From Acidimicrobiia bacterium (GTDB lineage: Bacteria > Actinomycetota > Acidimicrobiia > Spongiisociales > SHLN01): a DNA stretch of 45,275 nucleotides. The translations under genes and the position numbers were made by a program. Position 1 is the first letter of the stretch; each line of letters opens with the position of its first letter. Under the pieces are notes generated by a model. That model worked only from the letters and a program-made list of their open reading frames with translations, made no database searches and had not been told where the DNA came from. Location: the NCBI GenBank assembly GCA_029862065.1, contig JAOTYB010000001.1, positions 1 to 45,275 on the forward strand. Reading direction: 5' to 3'. Positions 1-10,339 of the stretch are shown piece by piece.

Positions 1-416
1 GAGGCGAGCAGGACGACGGCCGGCGGAGCAAAGGCCGGGTCTCCGAGCAGGGGCGCAAACAGATGCCCCTCCATGTGGTTCACCCCGATGAACGGCTTGC
101 CGAGCGCCCATGCCAACGACTTGGCGAAGGTGAAGCCAACCACCAGCGCTCCCACCAGGCCAGGGCCCTGGGTGGCCGCAACCCCATCGAGGTCGGCTTG
201 ATGCACGCCTGCCTCCTGCAACGCTCGATGCGCCAGGTGGCGGACGGATTCGACGTGGGCGCGCGCCGCCACCTCCGGCACCACTCCCCCGAACCGGGCA
301 TGCAGGTCGACCTGGGAGGCAAGGACGTTGGCTCGCAATGTGGTTCCGGCCACGACTCCGAGGCCCGTTTCGTCGCAACTGGTTTCTATGCCGAGGACGA
401 CAGGTCCATCGCTCAC
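1..416 (-). CDS. tsaD: tRNA N6-adenosine threonylcarbamoyltransferase TsaD (Kae1/Gcp), N-terminal part; the 3' end lies beyond the window edge
   Basis: Own translation of the minus strand from GTG at 416 gives [22 protein letters not shown]...[17 protein letters not shown], a typical TsaD N-terminus. The GTG overlaps the rimI stop (GTGA). Synteny is tsaE-tsaB-rimI-tsaD. It is absent from the ORF track because it runs off the edge. Confidence 0.85.
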   Translation of the reverse strand, partial: MSDGPVVLGIETSCDETGLGVVAGTTLRANVLASQVDLHARFGGVVPEVAARAHVESVRHLAHRALQEAGVHQADLDGVAATQGPGLVGALVVGFTFAKSLAWALGKPFIGVNHMEGHLFAPLLGDPAFAPPAVVLLA

Positions 417-910
417 GATGCTTCCCTTCGAATGATGGCCAAAACGTCTTGGTAGTGGGCCGAGTCGATATCGATTGCCCACATGACAACGGCATCCTCG
501 GTGGTGTAATACCCCTTGCGCTTGCCGGCCGATTCAAAACCGAACTTGCCGTAGAGGGCTCGGGCGGCGGCGTTCGACTCACGGACCTCCAGGGTCAGGT
601 GGCGGGCGCCGCCGGCTTGGGCAAGCGCCACGAGTTCGGTGAGGAGGTGGGAGGCAAGCCCCGATCTCCGGAATGAGTCGGCCACCGCCACGGTCAGCAG
701 GTGAGCGTCCTCACCCACCAGCATGAGCCCACCGTAGGCGACGATCGATCCGTCCAGCTCGGCCACCAGATACCGGCGAGTCGGCTGGGCTAGTTCTTCA
801 TCAAAGAGGGGGCGGGTCCCGGGCTGGACGAAGGCAGCTTCCTCAATCGACATGACGGCATCGAGATCGTCCTTCACCAGAGGTCGCACGGTCACGGCTG
901 GTCTGGCCAT
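413..910 (-). CDS. rimI: GNAT N-acetyltransferase, ribosomal-protein-alanine acetyltransferase RimI type
   Basis: 165-aa ORF with GNAT-like sequence ([17 protein letters not shown]...ALYGKFGF). It sits between tsaB and tsaD as in Actinomycetota. The ATG at 910 overlaps the tsaB 3' end by 19 nt. Confidence 0.75.
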   Translation of the reverse strand: MARPAVTVRPLVKDDLDAVMSIEEAAFVQPGTRPLFDEELAQPTRRYLVAELDGSIVAYGGLMLVGEDAHLLTVAVADSFRRSGLASHLLTELVALAQAGGARHLTLEVRESNAAARALYGKFGFESAGKRKGYYTTEDAVVMWAIDIDSAHYQDVLAIIRREAS

Positions 911-1605
911 TCCGCCTCCTCCCGGTAGTCCTTCCAGTTGATGGTGACATCCGGCTCGCGCAGGTAGAGCGGCCGCACATCCTCAACCGACGGCAGGTCG
1001 CCTTTTGCCATCCTGGCAACCGCCAACTCAAGCAACACATCGGCACTCGGCCAGCGGGGACGCCCAACCTTGGCACGGTGGAGGCCGCGTAGCGCCCCCT
1101 CGGGAAGCGACTGATAGTCCCCAACCACCAGCACATCCTCAACGGAGGCATCGAGCATGGCAGCAAACCCTTCGGGGCCGACCGTTTCGGGCGCACCCTC
1201 CTTGATGACCCCGCCGGGAACCGGTCGATAGGGGGCGGTGGCCACTTCCTGGCGGCGGACATCCACCACCGGCCAGATCATGCGATGCCCGGTGGCAGCC
1301 CGGTATGCCAGCGCATCCAGTGACGATAACCCGAGCAGTTGGGCTCCGGTCGCTGCCGCCACTCCCTGGGCGGCGGCCAGACCGGCCCGAATACCCGTGA
1401 AGAGGCCGGGACCGATGTCCACGACCACTGCGTCGAGCTCGGCCGGGGTCCAGCCCACCTGCTGAAAGCAATACTCCATAGCCGGGGTCAGAAACCCCAC
1501 GTGACCGCGCCGATCGACCTGCAGCGACATCGCCAGGAGCGCCTGGTCGGTGCCGAGGGCGACGGAGCTGGCAGGAGTGGAGGTTTCGATGGCGAGAATG
1601 TTCAT
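892..1605 (-). CDS. tsaB: tRNA threonylcarbamoyladenosine biosynthesis protein TsaB (YeaZ)
   Basis: ORF 892..1743 trimmed to the ATG at 1605 (MNILAIETSTPASSVALG, typical TsaB N-terminus). ATGA overlap with the tsaE stop. Confidence 0.8.
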   Translation of the reverse strand: MNILAIETSTPASSVALGTDQALLAMSLQVDRRGHVGFLTPAMEYCFQQVGWTPAELDAVVVDIGPGLFTGIRAGLAAAQGVAAATGAQLLGLSSLDALAYRAATGHRMIWPVVDVRRQEVATAPYRPVPGGVIKEGAPETVGPEGFAAMLDASVEDVLVVGDYQSLPEGALRGLHRAKVGRPRWPSADVLLELAVARMAKGDLPSVEDVRPLYLREPDVTINWKDYREEAEWPDQP

Positions 1606-2057
1606 GCTTGTAGCTCCGAGAGCGGGCGACTTGACCAGGAACCGCGGGGCAAGAACTCGATGCTGCGGGTCTCGCCCTCGCCGACCCGAATACGCACGAC
1701 CAGGTGGTTGGCGGGCAGCCACTGCTCTATCGCGGTCCCCCACTCAACGGCCAGCACGCCGTCGGCCGAGGCTTCCAGCAAATCGAGGTCCTCGATCTCC
1801 GAAAGGGTCTCAGCCCGGTATACATCGGCGTGCGTCAACGACATCAAGCCCGAATACGTCCGCATGAGTATGAAGGTCGGACTGGTGATGGGCTCGTCTA
1901 CTCCCAACCCTTCGGCCAGACCGGCCACGAAGGTGGTTTTGCCTGCCCCCAGGTCGCCGTCCAGGAGCAGGATGTCGCCGGCCCACAGCAAACCGGCCAG
2001 ACGGCGGCCGGCCGCCATGGTCTCGGCGGCATCCGGGCATTCAATCTGCACGGTCAT
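1602..2057 (-). CDS. tsaE: tRNA t6A biosynthesis ATPase TsaE
   Basis: 151 aa with P-loop GDLGAGKTTF. Position upstream of tsaB. ATGA overlap with the upstream gene. Confidence 0.85.
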   Translation of the reverse strand: MTVQIECPDAAETMAAGRRLAGLLWAGDILLLDGDLGAGKTTFVAGLAEGLGVDEPITSPTFILMRTYSGLMSLTHADVYRAETLSEIEDLDLLEASADGVLAVEWGTAIEQWLPANHLVVRIRVGEGETRSIEFLPRGSWSSRPLSELQA

Positions 2058-2677
2058 GGGAACAGCCCGATCTGCTCAGGTTGTGAAACCTGACCGGACG
2101 CCCCGGTGCGTTGTTCAATCACTTGAACGGCCAATTGCAGGTCGGCGACCATCTCTTCAATGACGCGGGGCCCATTGCGGAGAGCGGCGGCGGGGTGGAA
2201 TGTGGGTACGACGTGGCGCCTCCACCACGGATAGGCCTGGCCCCGCATGCGGGTAATGCCGACCTCGGTCTTGAGGAGCAGCTTGGTCGAGAAGTTGCCC
2301 AGCGTCACAACCGCCGCCGGGTCGATCAGCTTGATCTGCTCGGCCAGATACCCCTTGCACGCATCGATTTCATCCCGGCGAGGATCGCGATTGCCGGGAG
2401 GCCGGCACTTCACCACATTGGCGATATACACCTCCGGTCGGCTCAGCCCGACCCGCTCGAGCAGCGTCGACAGTAACTGCCCGGAACGGCCGACAAAGGG
2501 AACGCCTTGTTCATCTTCATGCTGACCGGGGCCCTCGCCGATGAACATGAGGTCGGCGTCTGCGTTTCCGTCTCCGAACACCACGGTGGTTCTCGTCTCG
2601 TTCAGCCGACAGGAGATGCAGGCAGACGCCTCTTTCTCCAACACCCGGAGCCGGGCGGCGCGGTCTTCGATGGTCAT
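2054..2677 (-). CDS. uracil-DNA glycosylase, family 4 (Fe-S type)
   Basis: 207 aa with CxxC near the N-terminus, motif A FIGEGPGQHEDEQGVPFVGRSGQLL, and motif B FHPAAALRN. Confidence 0.8.
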   Translation of the reverse strand: MTIEDRAARLRVLEKEASACISCRLNETRTTVVFGDGNADADLMFIGEGPGQHEDEQGVPFVGRSGQLLSTLLERVGLSRPEVYIANVVKCRPPGNRDPRRDEIDACKGYLAEQIKLIDPAAVVTLGNFSTKLLLKTEVGITRMRGQAYPWWRRHVVPTFHPAAALRNGPRVIEEMVADLQLAVQVIEQRTGASGQVSQPEQIGLFP

Positions 2678-3564
2678 GTCTCTTCCTCGGTGGCGGCCGA
2701 CCTCACTGCGGCTTCGATGGCCTCACCCACGGCCACAAACGCCGCTTCGCCCATCGTGTCAAGATCCGCCTCCGTCTCGCCGCATGAGACGGCAAAGGCA
2801 ACGTCGCCATCATATCGAGTATGGCCGGGCCGAATGCAGGCCGCGAGGGCGTCCTGGGCCCGCACCGCCAGCCGCAATAGATCGTTGCGTTCGATCCGGG
2901 CGTCGGTAGCCACCACCACCAGGGTGGTGTTCTCGAGCGGGGCCGGAGGCCCGGCTGGCGGGCCCGGACGGACGGGGCCGCCGGTGAGCGGTTCGCCTTC
3001 CAGGGTGAAGACATCGCCGACGGCGTTTACAGCGGCCAGGGCCCCGACTGTGGCGTCGCCGGCGGGCACCGCCGCCGATCCAACCCCACCGGGCCGCATG
3101 TGCTCGAAGCCTCTCCACCCGGCGACCAGGGCACCGGTTCCCACCCCCACCGATCCCATCTCAACCGGGTCACTTGAGACGGCTCGGTAGGCGGCCGCCC
3201 CCTCGTCCGGACCAGGACGGACGGCTGAATCGCCGGTTAGGAGGTCGTAAATTACGGCCGCGGGAACGATCGGGACCGGGCCCTTGAGTGTCTCGTGACC
3301 GCGGCCATCGGCCTCCAGGGCCCGCACCACCCCGTCGACCGAAGCCAGGCCGAAAGCGCTGCCCCCGGTAAGGACGATCGCTTGAATCTGTTCGACTCGC
3401 ATGCCCGGCGCCAGCAAGGCCAGCTCGCGGCTGCCCGGGGCCGCTCCGCGGACTTCGGCGACCACCCGGTTGGGCTCCGGCAAGGTGACGACGGTTAGGC
3501 CGGTGCGAGCCACCGGGTCGGTGTAGTGACCAACCTTGATCCCCGGCACCGAGGTGAGCGTCAT
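2674..3564 (-). CDS. P1/S58 (DmpA-like) family aminopeptidase
   Basis: ORF 2674..3642 trimmed to the ATG at 3564 (MTLTSVPGIKVGHYTD), which forms an ATGA overlap with the alr stop. TGGSAFGLAS and VVATDA segments are typical of the DmpA/S58 fold. Confidence 0.6.
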   Translation of the reverse strand: MTLTSVPGIKVGHYTDPVARTGLTVVTLPEPNRVVAEVRGAAPGSRELALLAPGMRVEQIQAIVLTGGSAFGLASVDGVVRALEADGRGHETLKGPVPIVPAAVIYDLLTGDSAVRPGPDEGAAAYRAVSSDPVEMGSVGVGTGALVAGWRGFEHMRPGGVGSAAVPAGDATVGALAAVNAVGDVFTLEGEPLTGGPVRPGPPAGPPAPLENTTLVVVATDARIERNDLLRLAVRAQDALAACIRPGHTRYDGDVAFAVSCGETEADLDTMGEAAFVAVGEAIEAAVRSAATEEET

Positions 3565-4649
3565 CCGCGGTAGCGCCGCGGCAGCCGGGGGCCGAAGCCG
3601 CAGAGGATTTCCCAGCTGACGGAGTCGAGACGCTCGGCCCACTCATCGGCGCTGATTTCCTCGTCACCCTGGGCACCCAGCAGGACGACTTGGTCGCCCA
3701 CTTCGACGGGATCATCACCCATATCGACGACGATCTGATCCATGGTGACGATCCCGGCGTACGGGCGTCGCACTCCGCCGATGAGCACCGCGCCTCCGAT
3801 CTTGGCGAGCCGCCGAGTGATGCCGTCGGCGTAGCCGATGGGGATGGTGGCCACGGTGGACTCTCGTTCCAGCGGGCGGATGCGGCCATAGGTGGGCCGG
3901 GCCCCGGCCGGAAGCCGCTTGATGTGGACGACCTTCGACACCACTCGCATGGCCGGCTGCAACGACACGACATCTCCGCAAGCTGGCGAAGGCAGACAGC
4001 CGTACATGGCCAGACCAATGCGCACCATGTCGAACCGGGCATCGGGATAGAGCAAGGCTCCAGCCGAGTTAGCGGCGTGGACCAGCTTCGGCGACGGGCC
4101 TACTCCGGCCACGAATTCGCTCAGTTGCTTGACTTGCCCCTCAGTGAAGTCAGTCTCGCCTTCCGCAGAGGGGAAGTGCGTCCAGATTCCGCCCAGCTCA
4201 AGCAACTCATGATCTGCGATCCTGGTCACCAAATCGGAGGCGGTCTCCAGGTCGGCTCCGACGCGGTGCATCCCGGTGTCGAGCTTCACCTGGACCGCCA
4301 GCGGAGCGGTGACGGCAGCACTGATGGCTTCGAGGGCCGGAAGCGAGTAGACGGTGGGGGTCAGGCTTTGCGCCACGACTGAGGCCGCATCCTCTTCGGC
4401 CACCTCCGACAGCAACAAGATGGGGGCTTCGATACCGGCTTCTCGCAGCCGCACAGCCTCGCCGACCGTGGCCACGGCCAGCCAGTCGGCTCCCGCCCCG
4501 AGGGCGGCCTCGGCGACCGGCACATCGCCGTGGCCATACCCATCAGCCTTGACAACGGCGCAGAATTTGGCAGGGGCCACCAACTTGGCGATCTCCGCAA
4601 CGTTGTGGCGGATGGCGTCGAGATCGACTTCCACCCATGAAGGCCTCAT
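3561..4649 (-). CDS. alr: alanine racemase
   Basis: 362 aa with the PLP-lysine motif AVVKADGYGHG and a C-terminal beta-barrel region (YADG...). Synteny alr-tsaE. Confidence 0.9.
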   Translation of the reverse strand: MRPSWVEVDLDAIRHNVAEIAKLVAPAKFCAVVKADGYGHGDVPVAEAALGAGADWLAVATVGEAVRLREAGIEAPILLLSEVAEEDAASVVAQSLTPTVYSLPALEAISAAVTAPLAVQVKLDTGMHRVGADLETASDLVTRIADHELLELGGIWTHFPSAEGETDFTEGQVKQLSEFVAGVGPSPKLVHAANSAGALLYPDARFDMVRIGLAMYGCLPSPACGDVVSLQPAMRVVSKVVHIKRLPAGARPTYGRIRPLERESTVATIPIGYADGITRRLAKIGGAVLIGGVRRPYAGIVTMDQIVVDMGDDPVEVGDQVVLLGAQGDEEISADEWAERLDSVSWEILCGFGPRLPRRYRG

Positions 4650-6061
4650 CGGAGCACCGAGCCAATCTCGTCAACGAGCCCCTCGGCGGTGACGACGGTG
4701 CGCTCGGCCAAGCGGTGCCCGGCCCGGCCGTGCCAGAACGCTCCGGCGCAGGCGGCCATCTCGGCTCCCAGCCCTCTCGCCCATAGGGCGGCTACGGCCC
4801 CGGCCAGGACATCACCGGTACCGATGGTGGCCAGCTCTGGTCCCCCTTCGGTGACGACAAATGGTGCACCCGACCCGGCAACGATGGTCGGATTCCCTTT
4901 CAACAGGACCGTGATTCCTTGGGATTCGGCCAGATGGGCGGCCGCTCGATAGGAGCCGTCCTCCCCGGTCAGTCGTGAGAATTCCCCAGCGTGGGGGGTG
5001 ATGATGGTGTCGCCCTCCCGCCGGAGCTGGGCCGGGTCGCCGATGGCGTTGAGGCCGTCAGCGTCGATTAGCAGACGGCCGGGCCATCGCGTCATCACCT
5101 CATGGACGAATTTGTCCTGCTCCGGGCCGAGCCCGGGCCCGAGCACAATGATGTCAAAACGGTCGGCTCCCTCGAGTAGTTCGGCCGCGTCGACGGCATC
5201 GAAGCGCTCTCCCGCTCCAATGCCACGGGTCATCACACCCGCGCTCATCCCGGCCAAAGCCGCCTGCCACCGGCCGGGTACCGCCGCCACAACTGCCCCG
5301 GCTCCCGAGCGCAATGCTCCGGTGGCCGCCAGCATCAACGCTCCGGTGAGGCCGGGCGAGCCTCCCACCACCATCACCGATCCGGACGACCATTTGTGAG
5401 CGGTGCGTTCCCTGGCAGGGATCCTCACGTCTGACTCTTCAACCAGTCGCAGCTCTGGCTCGCCGCCCACGAGTCCGATGTCGCGCGCGGAGATAAGACC
5501 GCAGCGATCGGGGCCCTCCCCCACCAGGTGCCCAACCTTGAAGGCGTGGAAGGTGATAGTCCGCTCGGCGTGGAAGCTCTCACCCTCGACCGATCCGTCG
5601 GCGGCGTTGAGCCCGCTAGGAACATCAATAGCTAGGACCGGGGCGGTGTGGGTCAGCCACGGGAGGACGTCATCGGGAAGGCTCCCGTGAAATCCCGAGC
5701 CGAACAGGCCATCGATAACGAGGTCGGCCGCGACGGGCTCGGATAGCGGGACGACCGTGACACCGGCATTGGCGGCTGCGCTGGCCGCCCGTCTGGCAGC
5801 CGAGAAATCACCCTTGGGGAAGCCACGGGCATAGACGATGACAGCCACCCCCCGTCGTGCCAGATACTTGGCCGCGACATAGGCGTCGCCACCGTTGTTG
5901 CCCGGACCGGCCAGCACGGCCACCCGCGAGCCGTACCCGGCACCCATCTCAACGGCCGCCAGCGCCACCCATAGGCCGGCCTGCTCCATGAGAGCGTCGA
6001 TGTGATCCGCGGCGGCGGCGTCGAGGGACGCCGATTCCTCAGGAGTGATCACCGATCGCAT
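4646..6061 (-). CDS. nnr: bifunctional NAD(P)H-hydrate repair enzyme Nnr (epimerase / ADP-dependent dehydratase)
   Basis: 471 aa. N-terminal YjeF_N motif GPGNNGGDAYVAA. C-terminal carbohydrate-kinase part GGSPGLTGALMLAATGALRSGAG...GTGDVLAG. Confidence 0.85.
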   Translation of the reverse strand: MRSVITPEESASLDAAAADHIDALMEQAGLWVALAAVEMGAGYGSRVAVLAGPGNNGGDAYVAAKYLARRGVAVIVYARGFPKGDFSAARRAASAAANAGVTVVPLSEPVAADLVIDGLFGSGFHGSLPDDVLPWLTHTAPVLAIDVPSGLNAADGSVEGESFHAERTITFHAFKVGHLVGEGPDRCGLISARDIGLVGGEPELRLVEESDVRIPARERTAHKWSSGSVMVVGGSPGLTGALMLAATGALRSGAGAVVAAVPGRWQAALAGMSAGVMTRGIGAGERFDAVDAAELLEGADRFDIIVLGPGLGPEQDKFVHEVMTRWPGRLLIDADGLNAIGDPAQLRREGDTIITPHAGEFSRLTGEDGSYRAAAHLAESQGITVLLKGNPTIVAGSGAPFVVTEGGPELATIGTGDVLAGAVAALWARGLGAEMAACAGAFWHGRAGHRLAERTVVTAEGLVDEIGSVLR

Positions 6062-6099
6062 ACCGCAAGAGTACCGGTGGGCGGGGGTCCCGACAGGCT

Positions 6100-6471
6100 C
6101 TAGGTGACGCTGATCGCCAGAACCATCGCCTGCACATCGGTGTGGGTGATCGACACGTGCACCTCGGTCACACCCAGCTCCTCAGCCCGCCGGGCGGCGG
6201 TGCCCGACAGCTTGACCGTCGGCTTCCCGCCGCCGGTGATCTCGATGTCCTTCCAACGGAGCTGGCGCCATCCCCGTCCCAGGCTCTTCATGACCGCTTC
6301 CTTGCCGGCGAAGCGGGCCGCCAGACGGCGAGAGGGGTTGGCAAAGCGTGCGGCGTAGGCCTGCTCGTGCTCGGTGAAGCACCGCTCTAGAAAGCGGTCA
6401 GGGTACTTCCTATACACCTTCTCAACCCGATCGATCTCAGCCAGATCGATCCCAATGCCAACGATGTTCAT
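6100..6471 (-). CDS. acpS: holo-[acyl-carrier-protein] synthase
   Basis: ORF 6100..6639 trimmed to the ATG at 6471 (MNIVGIGIDLAEIDRVEKV..., canonical AcpS N-terminus), about 123 aa. Confidence 0.85.
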   Translation of the reverse strand: MNIVGIGIDLAEIDRVEKVYRKYPDRFLERCFTEHEQAYAARFANPSRRLAARFAGKEAVMKSLGRGWRQLRWKDIEITGGGKPTVKLSGTAARRAEELGVTEVHVSITHTDVQAMVLAISVT

Positions 6472-6519
6472 AGTGGTCGAGCTTAGGGATTGGGCGTGCC
6501 GCATCGCGGGGCAGGGAGT

Positions 6520-6673
6520 GCTCCCAGCTACCGGATACCAGTTCTCCGCGATAGCGGGTTCCCGAATGCGGGGGTACCTACCGCTTTCCGTCCCGACTCT
6601 GAAAGAAACGGACGCTGCCCCTCCGCTCTCTGTCACCACAGAGGCGAAAAACTGGCGACGGGTAGCTGGTCGC
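6520..6673 (-). repeat. diverged copy (C) of the heptamer-ended intergenic repeat family
   Basis: Read on the minus strand it begins GCGACCAGCTACCCGTCGCCAGTTTTT and ends GGAGAACTGGTATCCGGTAGCTGGGAGC. Both ends and several internal blocks align with copies at 13210..13344 and 16787..16922. Confidence 0.5.
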
Positions 6674-6690
6674 TGCGGGGCGAAGCCCCG

Positions 6691-6691
<1 letters not shown>
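6645..6691 (-). terminator. putative intrinsic terminator of glmS
   Basis: On the minus strand a perfect hairpin GCGGGGC-TTC-GCCCCGC overlaps the TAG stop. A second stem (GCGAC/GTCGC) follows, then TTTTT (6651..6647). Confidence 0.5.
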
Positions 6692-8526
<1,835 letters not shown>

Positions 8527-8599
8527 ACCAAAGCTCCTGTTCTGGAGTACCGGAGTGTGCGCGGTTGCGCGGTCCCACCTGAGTGGGCTCACATCCGCC

Positions 8600-8735
8600 G
8601 GGCCTCTGGGTCCGGGATCACTCCCGGGGTTTGGTCCCGTCGATTACGACCGTGAGCGGCCGAGAGGGCATCCGCCGAACATTTCGATAACCCTCTTCCT
8701 CGTCACCTCGCTCAAGCGAGGGCAGGCGCTGTATG
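8600..8735 (-). ncRNA. glmS ribozyme: glmS ribozyme (GlcN6P-dependent self-cleaving riboswitch, Rfam RF00234 type)
   Basis: The minus strand reads A|GCGCCUGCCCUCGCUUGAGCGAGGUGACGAGGAAGAGGGUUAUCGAAAUGUUCGGCGGAUGCCCUCUCGGCCG...ACCAAACCCCGGGAGUGAUCCCGG. This matches the B. subtilis core A|GCGCC...GACGAGGAUGGAGGUUAUCGAAUUUUCGGCGGAUGCCUCCCGGCUG...CAAACCAAGGGGGUGACUCC almost block for block. The predicted cleavage site is between 8730 and 8729. It lies about 80 nt upstream of the glmS ATG. Confidence 0.8.
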
Positions 8736-8822
8736 TATCTCCGGTACTCGCGTACCTATGTCGTATTAGAGGGTATCACTGATCCTGCGGTTCCCGTCAG
8801 GCTTGGCGCCAGGAGCGTCAGT

Positions 8823-8875
8823 CGGCATCCGGCATCCGGCATCCGGCATCCGGCATCCGGCATCCGGCATCCGGC
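8823..8875. repeat. heptanucleotide tandem array (CGGCATC) x ~7.5
   Basis: Direct reading gives cggcatc repeated without interruption. It is intergenic, between the glmM stop and the glmS ribozyme. Confidence 0.9.
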
Positions 8876-8909
8876 AAGCGTCCCCCCCTCGACTCATTGA
8901 CGCACGGAC

Positions 8910-8999
8910 GGAAAGCGAGCGGAGCGAGCGCCGGACACCGGAAAGCGAGCGGAGCGAGCGCCGGACACCGGAAAGCGAGCAAAGCGAGCGCCGAAAAGC
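8910..8999. repeat. 30-bp tandem repeat x3 (GGAAAGCGAGCGGAGCGAGCGCCGGACACC; third copy degenerate)
   Basis: Two identical 30-mers at 8910..8939 and 8940..8969, plus a diverged third. The repeat begins 14 nt after the glmM stop. Units are contiguous with no spacers. Confidence 0.85.
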
Positions 9000-9013
9000 G
9001 CCCCAGGCGTTGC

Positions 9014-10339
9014 CTAATCCCCCAGCGCGGTGCGCACGACCGACGCTAGGTCGTCGGCAAAAGTGGCCGCCTCGGTTTTGGTCTGGGCTTCGACCATCAC
9101 CCGCACCAGTGGCTCAGTTCCGGAAGGTCGGATCAGTACCCGGCCGCCGTCGCCGAGCTGTTCCTCGGTGTGGCGAACGGCCTCCCACACTGCATCGGCT
9201 CCTTCGAGCCCCGCCCGGTTCTCGATCTTCACATTACGAAGCACCTGGGGGTAGCTGGTCATGACTTTCCGCAGCTCGGTGAGCGGCCGCCCTTTGGCGG
9301 CCACCACCTCGAGTAGGCGCAGGGCGGTCAGCAATCCATCGCCCGTCGAGATGTGGTCGAGGAAGATCACGTGGCCGGATTGCTCGCCACCCAGGTTGGC
9401 TTTGTGAGCTCGCATTGCTTCGAGCACGTATCGGTCGCCGACGTCGGTCTCCACCACCGTGATGCCCAGTTCGGCCATGGCTCGACGGAATCCAATGTTC
9501 GTCATCACCGTCACGACAACTGTGTTGTTCTTCAGCCCGCCCTTTTCGTGGAGGTGGCTGGCGATAATGGCCATGATTTCGTCACCGTTGAGCGGTATGC
9601 CGTCTTCGTCGATGGCAACGAAACGATCGGCGTCCCCGTCGAAGACCAGGCCAATCCTGCCCGCCGACTGCGAAGCCAAGAACTCGGGATGGGTGGCCCC
9701 ACACCCGTCGTTGATATTGAGGCCGTCCGGCTCGCAGGCGACGGTCCGCACATCCAGCCCTAGTTCGGTGAACAGGCGGGGGGCGGCGAGAAAGGCGGCC
9801 CCATTCGCCCCGTCGATGGCGACATCGATGCCTCGCAGGGTGTAGGCCACATCGGCTCGCAGCCATCCGAGATAGTCGTCAATTGCCTCGGGGCGCGGCA
9901 TGCGGATCCCGACTCCGGCCTTGGGAGTCTTCCACGGCGGGCCGGTCCGAAGTCTGGCCTCAATCCGGTCCTCCAACTCGTCGGTCAACTTCCCACCGTC
10001 GCCACCGAAGAACTTGATGCCATTGTCCGCCGCCGGGTTGTGAGAGGCGGAGACGACAACTCCCAGGGAGGCGTCGAGCTCGGCGGCGGTGTGAGCGATG
10101 GCCGCCGTTGGGAGAATGCCCACGTCGATCGTGTCGAGGCCAACCGAGTGGAATCCGGCCTGCATCGCCAGGCTCAGCATCTCGCCAGAGCGACGGGTGT
10201 CACGACCGATTACGACCGGACCGTTGATGTTCTCAGAGGCAGCTCTCGCCAGGTCCATGGCGAAATCGACCGTCAACTCGTCGTTTGCAATCCCACGGAC
10301 CCCATCGGTCCCGAACAGCCGCTGACCCTCGGTGAGCAC
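9014..10339 (-). CDS. glmM: phosphoglucosamine mutase
   Basis: 441 aa with the phosphoserine loop SASHNPAADNGIKFF and the metal loop DGDADR. Synteny rplM-rpsI-glmM. Confidence 0.9.
   Translation of the reverse strand: MLTEGQRLFGTDGVRGIANDELTVDFAMDLARAASENINGPVVIGRDTRRSGEMLSLAMQAGFHSVGLDTIDVGILPTAAIAHTAAELDASLGVVVSASHNPAADNGIKFFGGDGGKLTDELEDRIEARLRTGPPWKTPKAGVGIRMPRPEAIDDYLGWLRADVAYTLRGIDVAIDGANGAAFLAAPRLFTELGLDVRTVACEPDGLNINDGCGATHPEFLASQSAGRIGLVFDGDADRFVAIDEDGIPLNGDEIMAIIASHLHEKGGLKNNTVVVTVMTNIGFRRAMAELGITVVETDVGDRYVLEAMRAHKANLGGEQSGHVIFLDHISTGDGLLTALRLLEVVAAKGRPLTELRKVMTSYPQVLRNVKIENRAGLEGADAVWEAVRHTEEQLGDGGRVLIRPSGTEPLVRVMVEAQTKTEAATFADDLASVVRTALGD

Noticed and set aside
8731-8800. glmS promoter call (TGACGG-N18-TACCCT on the minus strand)
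   Set aside because: The match to consensus is weak and several alternative hexamers exist. It is left unannotated pending transcription-start data.
8910-8999. Possible CRISPR array (regular 30-bp repeats)
   Set aside because: The repeat units are directly contiguous with no spacers, there are only three copies, and there are no cas genes in the window.
8803-9264. Plus-strand ORF of 153 aa (..GIRHPASGIRHPASGIR..SERSERRTPESERSERRTPE..)
   Set aside because: Its repetitive peptide is simply the translation of the heptamer and 30-bp tandem repeats, and its 3' part is antisense to glmM. There is no ribosome-binding site and no recognisable family.
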